From assembly GCA_036172245.1 (NCBI GenBank), contig JAYWIR010000059.1:1-64000 (forward strand): 64,000 bases of DNA, given 5' to 3'. Both the position numbers and the translations under genes were made by a program. Positions 36,731 to 50,700 of the stretch are shown one piece after another (within the stretch, counting starts at the first letter, position 1; each line of letters begins with the position of its first letter). A model generated the notes under the pieces. That model ran no database searches and was not told the DNA's origin. It saw only the letters and a list, made by a program, of their open reading frames with translations. Source of the DNA: Raillietiella orientalis (Eukaryota).

Positions 36731-39700
36731 TGTTGAGAGAAGACGTTCACCATTTAATATTGCTGAAAACTTTTTGAAGAATCAAAGACAAAATGTCTTG
36801 CACTCTAGCATTAATTATGTGTGCAGAATCTCTAACTATTTGCCTTCATTACCGCTTTTCTTAAAACCTCCGTACTTGCGATGACCTTTTTCGTTTAATT
36901 TTATCCTTTTTTTTTTATATTGCATAGACTTATGTAATTTGAAAACAAGAATACTTCTGTATTTGTGGAGTATTGTGGTGCATCTAAGGTAAAGAGTAAT
37001 CATAGTATGAAGTCTCCGAGTTCAGGGCTCTCAAAGAAATGCACTTCTAACACGTTTTTCTTGGAATCATTGATTTCCAAAGAAATTATTCAACCTCTAT
37101 TCAATGTGAACAGTCAAAGATAAATTATGTAATTAAAAAAAAAAAGAAACATTTAAAATCAATCTCTACTCAACGTAAGGATTCTTCTATTGGAAGCCCC
37201 ACGGACAGGCAGTTTTTGCATTGCTTCAAAGCAATGAAATCATGCATATAATGAGAATTGTTAAATACTGAATTTCAACTCTTTGTTCAAACAGGAATTC
37301 AAGTTGCGATAGGTTAACTGTCTGCTAAATATGAAAATCCATAATTGATCAAATATGCAAATCTATAATGGGAAATTTTATGAGAAAAGATTCTCTGCTA
37401 AGCTGATATTTCTGTGAAACAGATCGAACGATTACATGCATACCAATGTTTTTGAAGGTTTTATGGAAGAACTTTTTCTGCTGAAAATTTTTTAGATTGT
37501 CACCCAGCTTTTAAATTTGAAGAAAGTGCTCGTTGATTTATAAAATACCTTTATTGTCAATGAACATGGTTTGATACTCATATTTGGATAATGTTTCTTC
37601 TTATAATAAAACACAAAAGTGTCCTCTGTTAGTTATTGAGTTCATAAAAAAAAAAAAAGAAAAACGAATATTAACCCAAATTTCACTTGTGTGTTTTTTT
37701 TAGTATTTTTTGTTGTGGTTTCCCCAATCTGCACAAAATTTCTAGAAACAGTTTGTGTGAAGGTGTGAAAGTTATTGGGTGTGAAGGTTTGCTCTGCTAT
37801 TTATCCATAATATAATATAAAGATAATTTGCTGTTTTGCTTGCACGTATGTGTGTGGTTTTTCTTATATGTATCTTATTGCTGGAATCCAGTTTATATAA
37901 TAACCTAGAAGAAAATGCATGCTAACTGTGAATGGAAGCATTCAGCAGGCACAAAAACTTATTTGTAGTTCCTCTTTAGGAAATCGATTCGTTGTGCATT
38001 TAAGCATTATATAATGTAGCAATTAAAAGCAGAACATGGCTGCGTTTGAGACGAAGTATCTCAGAGAAACAAGTGTTGGAAATCGCGCTCACCAAACAAA
38101 TGGTAACATTTCCGAAATCAATTCGATTACGAGGACGTACAAAGGTGAGCCATCCAAGGTTGATGGCTCCCACAGCTCGCTAACCGTTTCTTTGTGTACT
38201 CAGCAAATGAGCCTCCATGGTGCAATCGTCTATCTGTTTTATTTTTCTTTTTTTTTTAAGAAGAATGAATCAAACATAAAGGCAGCATTTGATTGCAGTA
38301 GCAGAATCAAGCATGCCAACTTCGTTAGGTTTGCGCCGTGTTTGAGTCGGCCATTTTGATTGTTAATTCGACAGCAGCAATTGGAAACAGCTGCCTCTTA
38401 TTCCGTCTTTCTTCCTTCCAGGAAAATGTTAGCTGGAATTCCATGCACACGCATTTTAATTTTTATTTGAGTGATGCTTTCATCGCTGCTCTTCCTCTTT
38501 CTTCCTATCTTTCTTCGAAAAGCCGTTCGAGTCGTATTTTCTCCTTCGGAAAATAAACGAGAAAGACATGATGGCATGGAATTTTCTTCGAATGAGAAAT
38601 CGCGGGATGATATTTACATTTATCTAAAGTGGAATTATTATGGTGTGGATTTGAAATGCTTTTTACACGAGTGCGAGTACTTATTTGTAAGCGATAACCT
38701 GATAAATCGATAAGAAAGAAAAAAGAAATAAATAAAGAAAAGAAATAAAGAAAAGATAAATAAATAAAGAAAAGTGGGACCTGCTAAATTCGACTACGAT
38801 TAGGATTAAGATCCACTCATAAAGCCATTCAAGATGTGTAAAAGATTAGCCGTTCGTTCGTAATTTTACGTATTTTGTGTGCACTTTCTCTTTCCTCGTT
38901 TTTCGATGCGGTAAAAACTAGAAGTATCCCAGTCAAACATTCATCGGTGATGCTTCATCAGCAGGATTATTCACTTTCATTTTTCTTCTGGAAGGTTCAG
39001 ATCGGAAATCAGGTTCCAGACTGTTTTCAGGTTCTGATTAGCTGACCTCTCCAATTATTGAAATGGCTCTCGGAATTATCAATTAAGGTTAGAACCGATC
39101 AGCATACATTATTCAATGAACCCAAATTCTTCAAAGATCTTGGACTTCCAAAATAAGCTAAATGCGCTTTGAAGTGAGATCTTGAAAATTTCGGCAACGA
39201 AATAGTTCAAAAACTACTTCCGTGCCATGAAAATTCCTATTATCTTCACTGCTTACCTCTAACGACAGAATGCGTTTATGTATGCGTGCAGCGAAAGGAA
39301 GAGCATAGTAACTATGCTCTCAACAAATTCTTATCCCCAAACCCAAACATGGAGGATTGTGCTCAATCCGAGAATATCACAGATCCAAAGATCTGAATCG
39401 CCAGGACGGTGGCTGAGTAACGGTAAAGGACGCACACCTGAGCTCCGCAAGAGCTCGAATGTGATGTATCACATGTCTGGAAGAATCATGCAGCTACACA
39501 CGGCTCAGCAATTCCAAATGCGTCTCCCAGGATAAAATCCCAAGAACGTATTCACCGGCAGTGGTGCTTTCTGAGACCATTTCGAACACTGTTCAAGAAA
39601 ACAGCAACAGCAAACCAGGAACTACGAAAGAAAAGTTCAGTTGAAAGAAAGAAAAAAAAAGCTCCAAAACAGCTGCTTAAAAGTTCTAGTGGAATGGATC

Positions 39701-40269
39701 TGCAATGGATTTCTCTGGATTGAGCATAGGGGAGTTGAGAAAGCCTAAACAAGAAACCAGACCATATGCGATTGGCCTCCGGACAAGAGATGAGGCAAAT
39801 GTTTCTAAATGAATCGCACGATCTGGACCGTGTCAAACAGAAACGAGACGTCTAAGGTTAGGCATCAATAAGAGTCATCATCGAGTGCTGCCAAATGGCT
39901 TCTCCGGAAAGCCACTGATCGCGTCAGTTCTATTTATAAGCTCGTGTGGAATGATGTTGCTCTTGCCATCTCGATGAACATGATGTGTATTCACCCTTCG
40001 ATCTGCAAACGAGCAGGACCTATCCCCTATCCGCACTGCCACTCCGCAGAAACCGCCTCGGAAAGAATGAATTGCCGAGACGGGTAGCGAGCGTTTCGAC
40101 CACTAACGGATGCTGTTTTTCGCCAGGTCACGCCGGGGCGTTAATTTCGAAGAACAAACAAACAATTTGGGAAAACAGCAGCTCCCGAAACACACACGCT
40201 CCCCTCCAAAAAAAAAAGTTCAAGGGGAGGGGTCACCGGCACGCAGGTCATTCAAGGGGGTAGTCCGGA

Positions 40270-40870
40270 GCGAGAGGAAAGGGGACAATAAATAAAGGGA
40301 GGGTAGGGGTCTTTGTATAAAGCACGCTCTTTCCTTCTTAGAACCGGCGCAGAATGCCGCAGATCTCCGGCTCGGCTTCTTCCAGGCGAGGCCACCTCTC
40401 AGCCGTCCTCCCGCAGGCGACTGCCGCGCGGGTGACCTCCCTTCGCTGCGACCGAGACTACCAGCACATGGCTCCCTGCAAGCAAGCAGTGGTGCGCGGA
40501 TGCGCAACCGTCGTCATCGTCGCAATCACGGCGCCCGTCGGGACTTTGTCTCGCACGGAAAATCGCCGAAGCCAGACCTTGGCGGCGTCCTCCGGGTCCA
40601 GGAACGCTGAAGACACACAACCTTCGCCACGGTCGCGGAGGCTTCCGCGGACCACCAGTAGGTGTGGGAGCCATTCGGTCGTCCCGCACTTTAAATAGTT
40701 TGGGGACCCAGCTCCTCCAGGAACCGGGTTTCCACGCTGGTGTCGCTGGAAACCCCAGTGAGGAAGCAGCAGCTGATTGATGCGGTCGAGACGAGATCCC
40801 AGGTTCGGCCTTTCGTAGAGGAAGATGAGCTTCTCTAAAGTGTAGAACACGCCGATTCTGTGTAGGAGAA
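40270..40870 (-). mobile_element. LINE 3' end, family B copy 3
   Basis: PHWGFQRHQR..SPNYLKCGTTEWLPHLL..PTGAVIATM aligns with the 31496 ORF. Confidence 0.75.
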
Positions 40871-43740
40871 ACAGGAAAGGGCAGCAGCGAATTCATGCTG
40901 AAGGAATTGGCGAGACACGAAGAAGGGTTTCGTAGATGGACTGCTCCGACGGTCTCTCGAGCTGGTCAGCTCAGCAGATAGACGGGAAACAAGCTCAGCG
41001 ACGGCGATTCAGCCTCTCTTCCTCTCTAGCTCGTTCGAAGACCTGAGAGTGACCTGGAAGTGTGATGCGAGGATATGTACGAGATGAGCAGCACTCAGTT
41101 TTCTCACAAATGATCCTAAGAAATATGACCCTAGTGCTGCTGAAAAATACCCAGCTCGTTTCTGAGGACCTGTCCGCTTCGGAATCTCACCGTGACGATG
41201 GTCACCATCGGATACAACCAGCAAGCTGCTGTACTTATCAGGTGAGCAGTCTGTACAACGAGAAGGCGGCGGATCACACGATCCGATTGTGGGGGTGCTG
41301 CCTTGCATGCGATCTGTCTCTCTCTAATGACACCGTCGTCTGCTTTTGGAGCATCGCGGTCATCGTTTCGAATTCCTACACTACTCTGAGAGAAGCGGCG
41401 TGAAAGTTTCAAATGGGATCTCCAGGTTCCTTCAGAACGACACTCTTAAAACCTGTCTTTTGTTAAGATGGGCTCCTCGGTACGAAGCATTAAAATTCCA
41501 GGTAAAAATAAAAAATACGATGGGGAAGGGAAGGGCTTGCGAACTGCGAACGGAGGTGAGTCGTGAACTATTAACCACCAGATAAATCAAGTGTTTGAGC
41601 TGCTTCAGAAAGCGTTCTCGCATCACTTCAAACTAGCAGGCGAAAAAGCAGTGAAGCTGCTGAATTGATCTGTACAGAACAGTGGCTCCCACCTTCTGAA
41701 GACGCAAAGAAAAAAAAAGAAAGAAAGAAAAAAAGATGAGCGAACCTTTCAAAACGAAAATAATTGAACAAAAGAACTCGTTACCCCTTCCATAGTTCTC
41801 TTGCCAAGGAGAAACAATTCTATTATAAAATTTTGTGTCGTAGCTTTCAATTGGATAGAAGGACTCATGATACACCCCGCACTAAAAGTTGTCCCATCAA
41901 TTCTGTCTATTTTACACTTGATCTTACCGGTTATTAGTGCTCATAGAGAACGAATAGCTTCGGATCAATTAACTCCGAGTATTGCGCAAGAAATTATTTC
42001 CATCATCCTGGCGAAAGTTTGCCATGAATATTCTTTCTTGCGTGTGTAATGGGCTGATCATTCTCATCTTCGGAAGCCGAAAGGTTCTCCGATTTCTCTT
42101 CTCATTTTCTACTAAGTTGTTTTAAAAGAACTGTCTATGTGATACGTTCTGTTAGCCGATTGCCCGTTGGCCACTTTTTTTGTCTTTGCCGTGTTCAGCA
42201 CTCCAGCTTAGCTTGCCAGAACAAGAAGCGATACTCAACTAAGCGACTGTGGAAAATGGTTTCCTCTCTGGCATGTAGGGCCCAAGACAGTGCAAATAAA
42301 CGCACGTGCTCCTCCCTTTTCCAAGAGATTGCTGGAATGCTGAAAGCACCTGTTTGGAATTCTCTAGACACCGTTTCTTTTTTTTCTTTTTTTTTCGATG
42401 AGATCTTTCCTCTTTTCTTTAATATGAGCGTTATGTGATTAAGGAAGCACAAGAATGGTGGCACAAAGGCTTCATCGCGAAATTTCGAACATGATCTTCC
42501 AGGCTGGAGCGCTGTTCCTGGGAAAGTTTCGAGATTCCAGGAATTTCCGGCCGACAGATGCGTTAATGTGCTCACAGATCAGCACCTGTATGGTTGAGTG
42601 CTGTGACAACGCTTCCCGTTGCAGCTCTGGTCCTCATCCCTTCTTCGTCTGAATTCCCGTGATTTCCCTCCCGCGGACTGCATTCGACTACCTTTGGGAA
42701 TGCGTGATTCTATTTTGGACCTGATACATTTCCTCAAGGAATAAATCTATGAGAGCTCCTGCCCGAGCTGCACCCGGTTCAAAGGAGCGGGAGAGGCTTT
42801 CAGGGATGCGAGAATTGGTTTTCTTTTTTTTTTTAAATCGGCTAGTGAGCTGTAATTGCGGATTCTTGGCCCGCAAAAGAGAAGCAGCACTCTTGAATCT
42901 TTCATCAACTGGTTCCCTGTGCGTCGTCCTCCTCCTAACATCCTTTACGTTTCACGATGCTCGCCGGGAATGTTTAGCTCCACGGAAGGGAAAAACGAGT
43001 TGCCGTGCGCTTCCAGCAGCGTAACGAATTTTTCTCACTCGCGTGAGCCTTTCAAACATCCTCTTTCTATCCAGATCCAGGAGATGAGATATCACCTGCA
43101 TGTTTCCGTCGAGGGCTCACCAGAAATGCATGGCGCATCGTCAGGCGCTCTTACAATGCAGGAATCTTTCCCGGAATCATAAAAGCACGTTCGCCCGCTC
43201 CCGATTCTAATCGCAAAAATGCGAAATTTATTCCAACAAAACATTTTTTTTTTCCCTGAAAGAAAAAAAAAAACAAGCGGCTCATTTCGAGTGCCCGAAT
43301 AGAAGAAGAATAGCGCGTTGCCCAAGAGTGACGTTTCGCAGTTTCGGTGGTCAAATACTTTCCGCCATTTCCTAGAAAAGCGTTGCAAGCGTACAGGGCT
43401 TCTTGAAAAGCATGCGTTTGCTTTCTTAAAAAAGCGTACACGCTTTGGCTGTACATACATGCTAAAAAAGCGTTGAGCAACGCTTTTTTAGACAACGACA
43501 GAGAGGAACCTTTCTGTCGTTGTCTCCTTTTTGTCTCTGCAGCAATCAGCCCTTGGATTTGCTTTGCCCTCTTCTCTGAAGAGCCCACGTTGCTTCCAAT
43601 CAGTTTAACTTGACCGTTGCAACGAGAAGACCCGATAATTCAAAAGATTCTTGATGCAAAGAGGCACTCGAATAGGACGATTCCCTTTTCTTTAATCTGG
43701 ATAGGTGGGAAATGTCGGTGCCGATAATAATTCCGAACGA

Positions 43741-43966
43741 TCAAATTCCCGAATGTCCAAATCTCCAAAGATCAGCAAACATAAATATGCATGCCTGTCA
43801 CAGACATTTATACATAGATTAATATATATTATGAAAATAACACACAAAAAAATAAATATGTGTGTTAAAATAAATTTGCATTTGTAAATCTACATATTAA
43901 TATATATGATAAACATGCACGTTTATTTTTGATCATCTTTCGAGCTTTCGACACTCGGGATTTTGA
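43741..43966. mobile_element. Foldback/MITE-like degenerate palindrome
   Basis: 43741-43772 and 43935-43966 are inverted repeats (27/32 identical). Complementarity continues inward to a central taacacaca..tgtgtgtta stem. Confidence 0.7.
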
Positions 43967-45826
43967 GCCAAGCCCGGGAAACACATTACATTTCCAGCTC
44001 AGAGGGCCGACTTTTTCCAAGTTCCTCACTGAGGTCATCTTACGGGGCAACAAGTGGCGTTACTTAGAAATCTGAGGTGGTTAGGATTCGAAACAACGAA
44101 ATGGATCTCGAGTGATTCAGCTCACCCGAAATTCTCTACCAGAATGTGTCGTGAGAGGATAAGATTTGGATTCACTAATGTCCTCAGGGCAAACATAGGA
44201 GCTCCACGGATCCCAGACTAGCAGCTGAAGCTCACTGCCGTCATACTCTTGAAGCGCTACTTATACGTCTGTAACTTCGGACGGGTTACAACTGCAAAGT
44301 ACGCGTCCAAATCCTGGACGCCGTTCGTTCAGTTTGTGACAGGAATGCGAGACGCTTCGTCTTAGATGTCGGCAAAACACCGGCTCGAAAGAAATTGGTC
44401 AAAACACCACAGTTTGCAACAGCACGGCATCTTCAGGTCAGATTTGTTTCAGCGGCGTTTTTCTGCATCTAAGCGCAAAGAGACGCCCAGATGTACGGGT
44501 GGGTGCAGCCACAAGGCTTTTCGTTACAGCACTGCCAGCTTGACTTGATCCCTTCGTCTGACTGTGATTTCTCTCCTGTGTTGCATCCAACCGTCTTTGA
44601 AAATGCGTGGTTCTATTTTCGACCTGATCCATTTTCTCAAGGAAGAAAACTCTGGGGCTTCAGCTCGAAGGCCTATTTTGAAAAAAAATTGCTTGTTTCA
44701 CGCCTGCATGGTTCATCGACTTATTCCCCCCCCCCCCTCCCCAGTGAACAATCTCCATGGTTTCTGACTAGATGTAGGATGACTTTGAATTCGTACTCCC
44801 TCACTCCAGAGCGAACTGATCCATCGCAAGCAGAATGATGCTCGCACCTTTCTTCGTCCTCTTCGCAACCAGTTCCGCCGATCTCTCCAAATTTGTTCAA
44901 ACTTCCCTTCCTTCTCTTCGCGCAGAGTGTGGTAGCGTGGATTCGGCCTGCCAACGAATGGCGAGAAGCACTTGCCCGATCTCATTCCAGGGAACTCAAT
45001 TGCATATGTTCTGCTGGCTGGCAAGTGTGCACTTGAAAATTATATCTCAGAAACTACGACTCTGTAGACTCTCATCCAACTTAAATGAAATTTCCCACTC
45101 CCCACATAACCACCGAATGGATCAAGGCAGATACCATTCGATGTGTACTCCTTTTTTATTGAAACAAAAAAAAACTCAGTTTCGTCTATTACTGGTGTGA
45201 ATTCTTATCTGTTTCTAAGTAAACCCCTAGCAAATGCGAACGAATGCTGAATGATTCTACCTGAGACTGCGAGGCGTCCTCACTCCTTTTCTGCTACGGA
45301 TCGCCTGGGTGTTCTTCGATCCTTCGCAACCTCACTATCATATTCTCTCATTTGCATTTGCAAGAAATTTCCAACATTCCTCTTGCAGCCCAAGTTCCCA
45401 TACCAAGCACAACAGCAACATTGCAAGATTACCACTTGGCTGGCATCCTCGTGATCATTATCAGCCTCGCCTTGAATCTCCAAGGAAATTCAATCTTTGC
45501 TTTTTCCCTGAAAAAACTCAAGTCAATCAGCATGCGATAAATCACCCGATTGTTTTTATTTGTGTACCGGGATGGCTAACATTCCTCAGCATCACCCCGA
45601 AAGATCACGAATTTTCAAGTCTTAACCTTCGGAATCCTGCTGCATGTAAGAACTTTTCTCCCGTGGCAACACAGTTACTGCGAAACAGACTCGGACTATG
45701 TGCGCAGTAATAACGACGCGATGCACAAACTGGAGCGCGCGTTTCCGAGGCGACCGCTCGCCTCGGAAACGCATCCGGGATTCTTCAACCGGATTCGTAT
45801 GCAAAAACGTATGCGGCTTTGACGTA

Positions 45827-47037
45827 CAGTGCACATTCGATACTCAGTCACCTTTGCTGGAATCCAAATTTTAGAAGTGCTGTTGCCTTTGTAGAATGTG
45901 GTTGATGGGTATTCCAAGTAAAAAAAAAGAAAAAAGATGAATTTCGGATAATCAAATAAAATAAACCGAACTGTCGAACAGTAACATGAATTTTTATAAT
46001 AATCAAATGAACGAATTTAGTAACATTACAAAAGTAAAAAATAATGATAGCGTATGTGGTAAGTGATGATGATGTGATATAAAATTTTATCCAAACTCTT
46101 TCCCGATTGCTTTTTCCCGCATTCTTCTGAAGAATCTCAGGAACAGGAAGGCAGACATTTTCTGACCACTCCATAGCTAAATTGAATGAGTGGTCAATAA
46201 CATTGTGAATATCAAATTTTTGAGCATTTCTGACCCACCTCGGACGAGATACCTTCCTAATCATCAATAAGGGTAATTTGTGATTACCCGTGGCATTGAC
46301 ACAGGCATTCAAGTGACCCTTTCCTTTCTATTTTTCCTCCCAGGGGCTGTTACTTCATTTTGGTGAACATTCGTTTTATTTGGTAATCCTTTATCTTGTT
46401 TCGTCACAGTTATAGACTTGCTCCATTAGATATTGGTTTCCATGAAGTGTCTCTTCAAATTTTTCCAAGAAAACTGGAACCTGTGAGGTGTCACACGAAA
46501 GTTTCTCCCCGGAGGTGGTCAACAAGCGAATGCCACGTCTTTTTTTTAAGTTGCTCAACCACCCACCACTTGCCGAAATTCCCCATCACATCCCAACCGA
46601 GCATGAATTTCCTTGGCCTGACATTTTCAGATTTCATTTGTGATGATGTTTTTCAGGTTTCGCTGTTGCCAGAAACCACGAATGTAAGGCGATTTCCATT
46701 TCAGGACATTTCGAGATCGAGTCATCCTGTTTTCAGATGCTTCGGAACATCACAGCACGAGGCGACTATAGGCTTCCGAGTTTTCTTTATTTTTCACGAT
46801 TTTCGGAATGGCTAATTGATCCACCTTGAACTGCAACTCAGCACCTTCTCTCCCTTTTCGACTTCACGGAAAATATCCAACTTTTTATTTGAATAGTTAA
46901 TGAATTTCTCTTATTTTTGCCTCATCTTGAAGTTTCTTCCATCGAATGACGGAAAACTCAAAATGTTGACCATATCGAGGGCTGCCCGTGTCAAACGTTC
47001 CTTCTGTCAAAGGTGCTCCTCCATCCAACATGCACTG
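45827..47037 (-). mobile_element. Tigger/pogo (Tc1-mariner) DNA transposon, internally deleted, with pseudogenised Jerky/TIGD-like transposase
   Basis: TA on both flanks. Imperfect 30-bp TIRs cagtgcacattcgatactcagtcacctttg / cagtgcatgttggatggaggagcacctttg. Peptides KLDIFREVEKGE, WLSNLKKRRGIRLLTTSGEK, QVYNCDET, APGRKNRKERVT and ACVNATGNHKLPLLMI. Confidence 0.9.
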
Positions 47038-47779
47038 TACTAAGGTTTGCTTTTAGCAATCATATATTACGAGCCTTTTTTCAGAGATGCATCCCGTATT
47101 CATTTACGGGAACACGTTCTACGTCCTTCCTTTCCCTACCTGGGTGAAGCTGAACCCGCAAACTGGCAAGTGACCAGCTTCCGATCAGCAGTGCCGGGAA
47201 AGGAGGAGGAACCACGGGAGAAATTTACTGCGCACCAGATCAAACGAAGCATACCAACTACGCTCGGACCAACTCCCTCAGAAAGTGTGCACCACGCACC
47301 ACTTTGAGCTGAGTGTTCATTCCGCGGGGTCAAGCTTTCCCAAGGCCGGTCCTCTCGCTGATATCCAAGAAAACTGTCTCAGAGTTCCTTCTGCTGATGG
47401 CGGGACCGTCCTTTATCCTTTGTCCTCCTCCACCAGGCTCCGTTTTCGGCTGGCTCTGGGATCACTGAAAGGTCCCACCTCTCTCTCCCTCAGCAAGAGT
47501 TCCCACGGAGGATCCACCTTCCCAGCCCACCATCGCAAACTTCCCGGTCCACTGCAGTGTTGACGTACTCTTACGGAACTCCTCCATCAAACTCAACCAC
47601 TCGACTGTATGATAGGAAAGGCTGGTCACAGGAAGTTGGCGTGCTGACGCAAATAGCTGGGGATGACAGGGGGTTTTTTCTAGATCGAACAATTTGTAGA
47701 GGGTCTATTTTTGGACTGGATAAGAGAAGTGTTTCAAGGGTATTGTAAGCGAAAGGAAACGCAGCTCGTGGTTGCCGAA

Positions 47780-50700
47780 TGTACTTTTCGTCGAGGATAC
47801 ATCACTTTCTATGAATCTACACACCCACAAAGCGGCTTCCACTTCAACCGAATGCAACAGGCAAATCACCTTCGTGGGTGACGCACAGGGAATAGGGGCT
47901 TCCGAGAGGTACTCTTGTGACATTCGTTGGTGACGTGAAAGCCCAAGAGAGTTGGAAGGCTGCGCACTGACGGGTCGGTCCCCGGTCGAATTCCTGACTG
48001 TTCCCTGCTTGCTCCTTTCGGGGAGCAAAGGGTTGGAAGAGAAGAACTGGCAGCGACTCCCGTCAGCTCGCCATCACAACAGATACTACTCTTCTGCCCC
48101 ACAGAAACAGCCCCACTAGCAGCAAAGGGGGAAGCGCCAAGAGGAACCTGACCGCAGCACCTGTCCGTGGGGACAGTTGTTTCGGACGAGTAAAGCAGGA
48201 CAAAGTGCACCGTACGTAGGCAACTGAGGGAGGAGAGGAGTAAGTTGCAACAGAGGTCACCCGAAACGTGGCAACTGAGGGAGCTAAGCGTTTGTTCAAG
48301 AGAGGTTGCTGTTGGTAGGCGAGGACATCCTCTTCGGGTCTGATCCCCGAACACTCCAGGGCAACCTTCTTCTATACGAGTGGGGAGAGCAGGCGGAGTG
48401 CTCATCGTCGAGCCATCTGGGAGTGAAGAGGGCGGGAATGGGGAACGTGTTCCGGCACCTGACCCTCCGGGGACCTGCTACGTCCTTTGGCCCCTGGCGA
48501 GCTCGTCTGGCTGTCGAGGGAGGGCAAGGTCCTTGGATCATCCTCTCCGCGGAGGCGGATTTCCGGGTCTCCTTCCCCCGAGGCGGAGCCCAGTAGAATG
48601 ATCTTGACCTTAAAGGAGTATGCCTCAGCCAGTCCGATGGGAAAGCCCGCCGTCTCTGGGACGATGGCCTGGTTCGAGCGCCACACCTCGCAAGAGGGCC
48701 GGCTGTTGGCGAACACGTCCCAGTTCGGGATTGTCCGTACCAGAAGAGCCACCGCCTCGAAGCAAGTCGCACCGATGCGTAAGCGTGCAGGCTGTGCGCG
48801 CGCGACACCCTTGAGGTCACTTCCTCTGGAGGAGACGCACTTCCTAAGTCCGGAAAAAAAACCACCAACGACAAGTACGAATGCATCTCCAGGTCGCACG
48901 ACCCGGACGAGAGTGACGTCCTCGTTTCGAGAGATATGCGGGGCATCCGGTCAAGTTTCAGAGGTCACGCCCAGACCTGCACCATGCTACAGGGAGAGGG
49001 GTTATGCTCTCCTTCCCTCTCTCCCTGGAGGATGCCGGAAGCTGCGACCTGCCCGGAGGAAAACGTCACTGGACCCATTGGTTGGCAACGTCAGTCTCAG
49101 GAAACTCGGGTTGGACAGTGGCGCGGTGCATCCTGAGTCTCATGCCCTCAAGCGAAGAGAACCCGGTACTCCCAAGGAGACTCCAGTCAAACCCTCCGGG
49201 AGGTCGCCTTCCGAAGATGCAGTTCGCTGCCCGGCGACGCCGGACACTCCTCCCGTGGGATGCCAAGAACAGCGTCCCCGTTCTTGGCATCCCGGGAGAC
49301 GAAGCCGAGACGAGTGCTCCCTTCGCCGAATCCTGGCGGAGACCTTTCAAAAACCACCACAGAGCACATCGGACAAGACTGGTCCTTCGCAGATACCTCG
49401 CGCTACTCCTCTTCCCCTCCTCCTCCCTCTTCCTTGCCCATCGCTTGCGGCACTCACGGTTCTGAGGATTGAGGGGACCAAGCGCAGGGCAGAGGAAGGC
49501 GAAAGGGAGGGAGACATGGGGGGAGGAGGCGGAAGCTGGCTGAGCGACTCCCTCCAGCCTCGGTGACCCTGCTGCGCTACATTCCCGACCAGTCCTCTTT
49601 TCCCCGTTTTTCTTTTTGCAAGCACTCCTTCAACGGGGTCGCTAGGCGAATTCCGATTCATCGAAACGTTCTGGATGCGGACTTTCGACTGAGTCTCGCC
49701 TTCCCCAAAGGTTTTCTTCTATGGGACGCCTGCAGCAGCTGCCGCGTGCACCGGCGAAGAATAGCCGAAGGAACAAACATTCGGAGACCATCTATCGGGG
49801 TGATTGCCGGTATTCCTGCAACTCTGCCTCCAGGTGAATTAAACGGGGAAAAGGGCTTTGGTTGGAGTGACAACAAGGAACATCCCGAGTACCCCTCAAG
49901 GCATGCAGAAGACAGTGAAGTCGGAATGCAGCAGCACAGGAAGGGCGATTCGAATTTGTCGGTGGGGGATGGGGAGGGAGGGCTCAACGCTGTCGTTGAC
50001 CGTACACCGACCCTAGGTGCTTCCTTGCGTCGCGTTGACTGAGTCGAAGCGCGTCGTCTACCTTTTGCAAGGTCATGACAGGAGCGAACCGAGTCAGCAC
50101 CAGAGGAAGGTCGCTTTCGAGATGAGTCAACAGGGCGAGCGAGGTGATTTCATGGAAGAGACAAAAAAACCGCGGAGCAGCTCCGTGCTTTCCTCCGCCG
50201 CTGCAACCACCAATCTGGAGGACCGGGATCACTTCACGGACTCGGGAGACTGCGTTTCTTTGTAAAAAATGAGAAAGCAGCAGGGAACTTCGTTCCTCGA
50301 GGGTCGAAAAGGAAAAAGTTCATCTGGGAGGTCTTAACGACTGGCAGGGTCAGCTAAGGAAATCGTTCGGAGCGTTGGCGGGGACAGGAGGACACACGAA
50401 TCAACAACGGAGAGTAGAGAATACGAACACCGCTGTTTTTTTTGCAAAACTGCTGCAAGGTGGTGTCGATCTCCCCGCCGATTCCCAGCTTCGACAATGC
50501 ACGTGGCTTGGTCGTTGCACGGCAAAGTGGTCGCCCCCGGTCCCGCCGTATCCCTAGCCGCAGCGTTGCCTGCCCAGAGGGCAAGTGACGACAGCTGCCA
50601 ACCGGCGAGGTGGGAGTTTTCCTGAAGGAAAGACACAACTCCTCGGCGGCAGGAAGATGCGCGAGCTGGTGGATGCTCCTTCACTCCCTTGCCCTGTGCC

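Noticed and set aside
41062..41403. WD40-like words DHTIRLWG and SNDTVVCFW
   Set aside because: Too short, with wrong spacing, to support a pseudogene call without a search.
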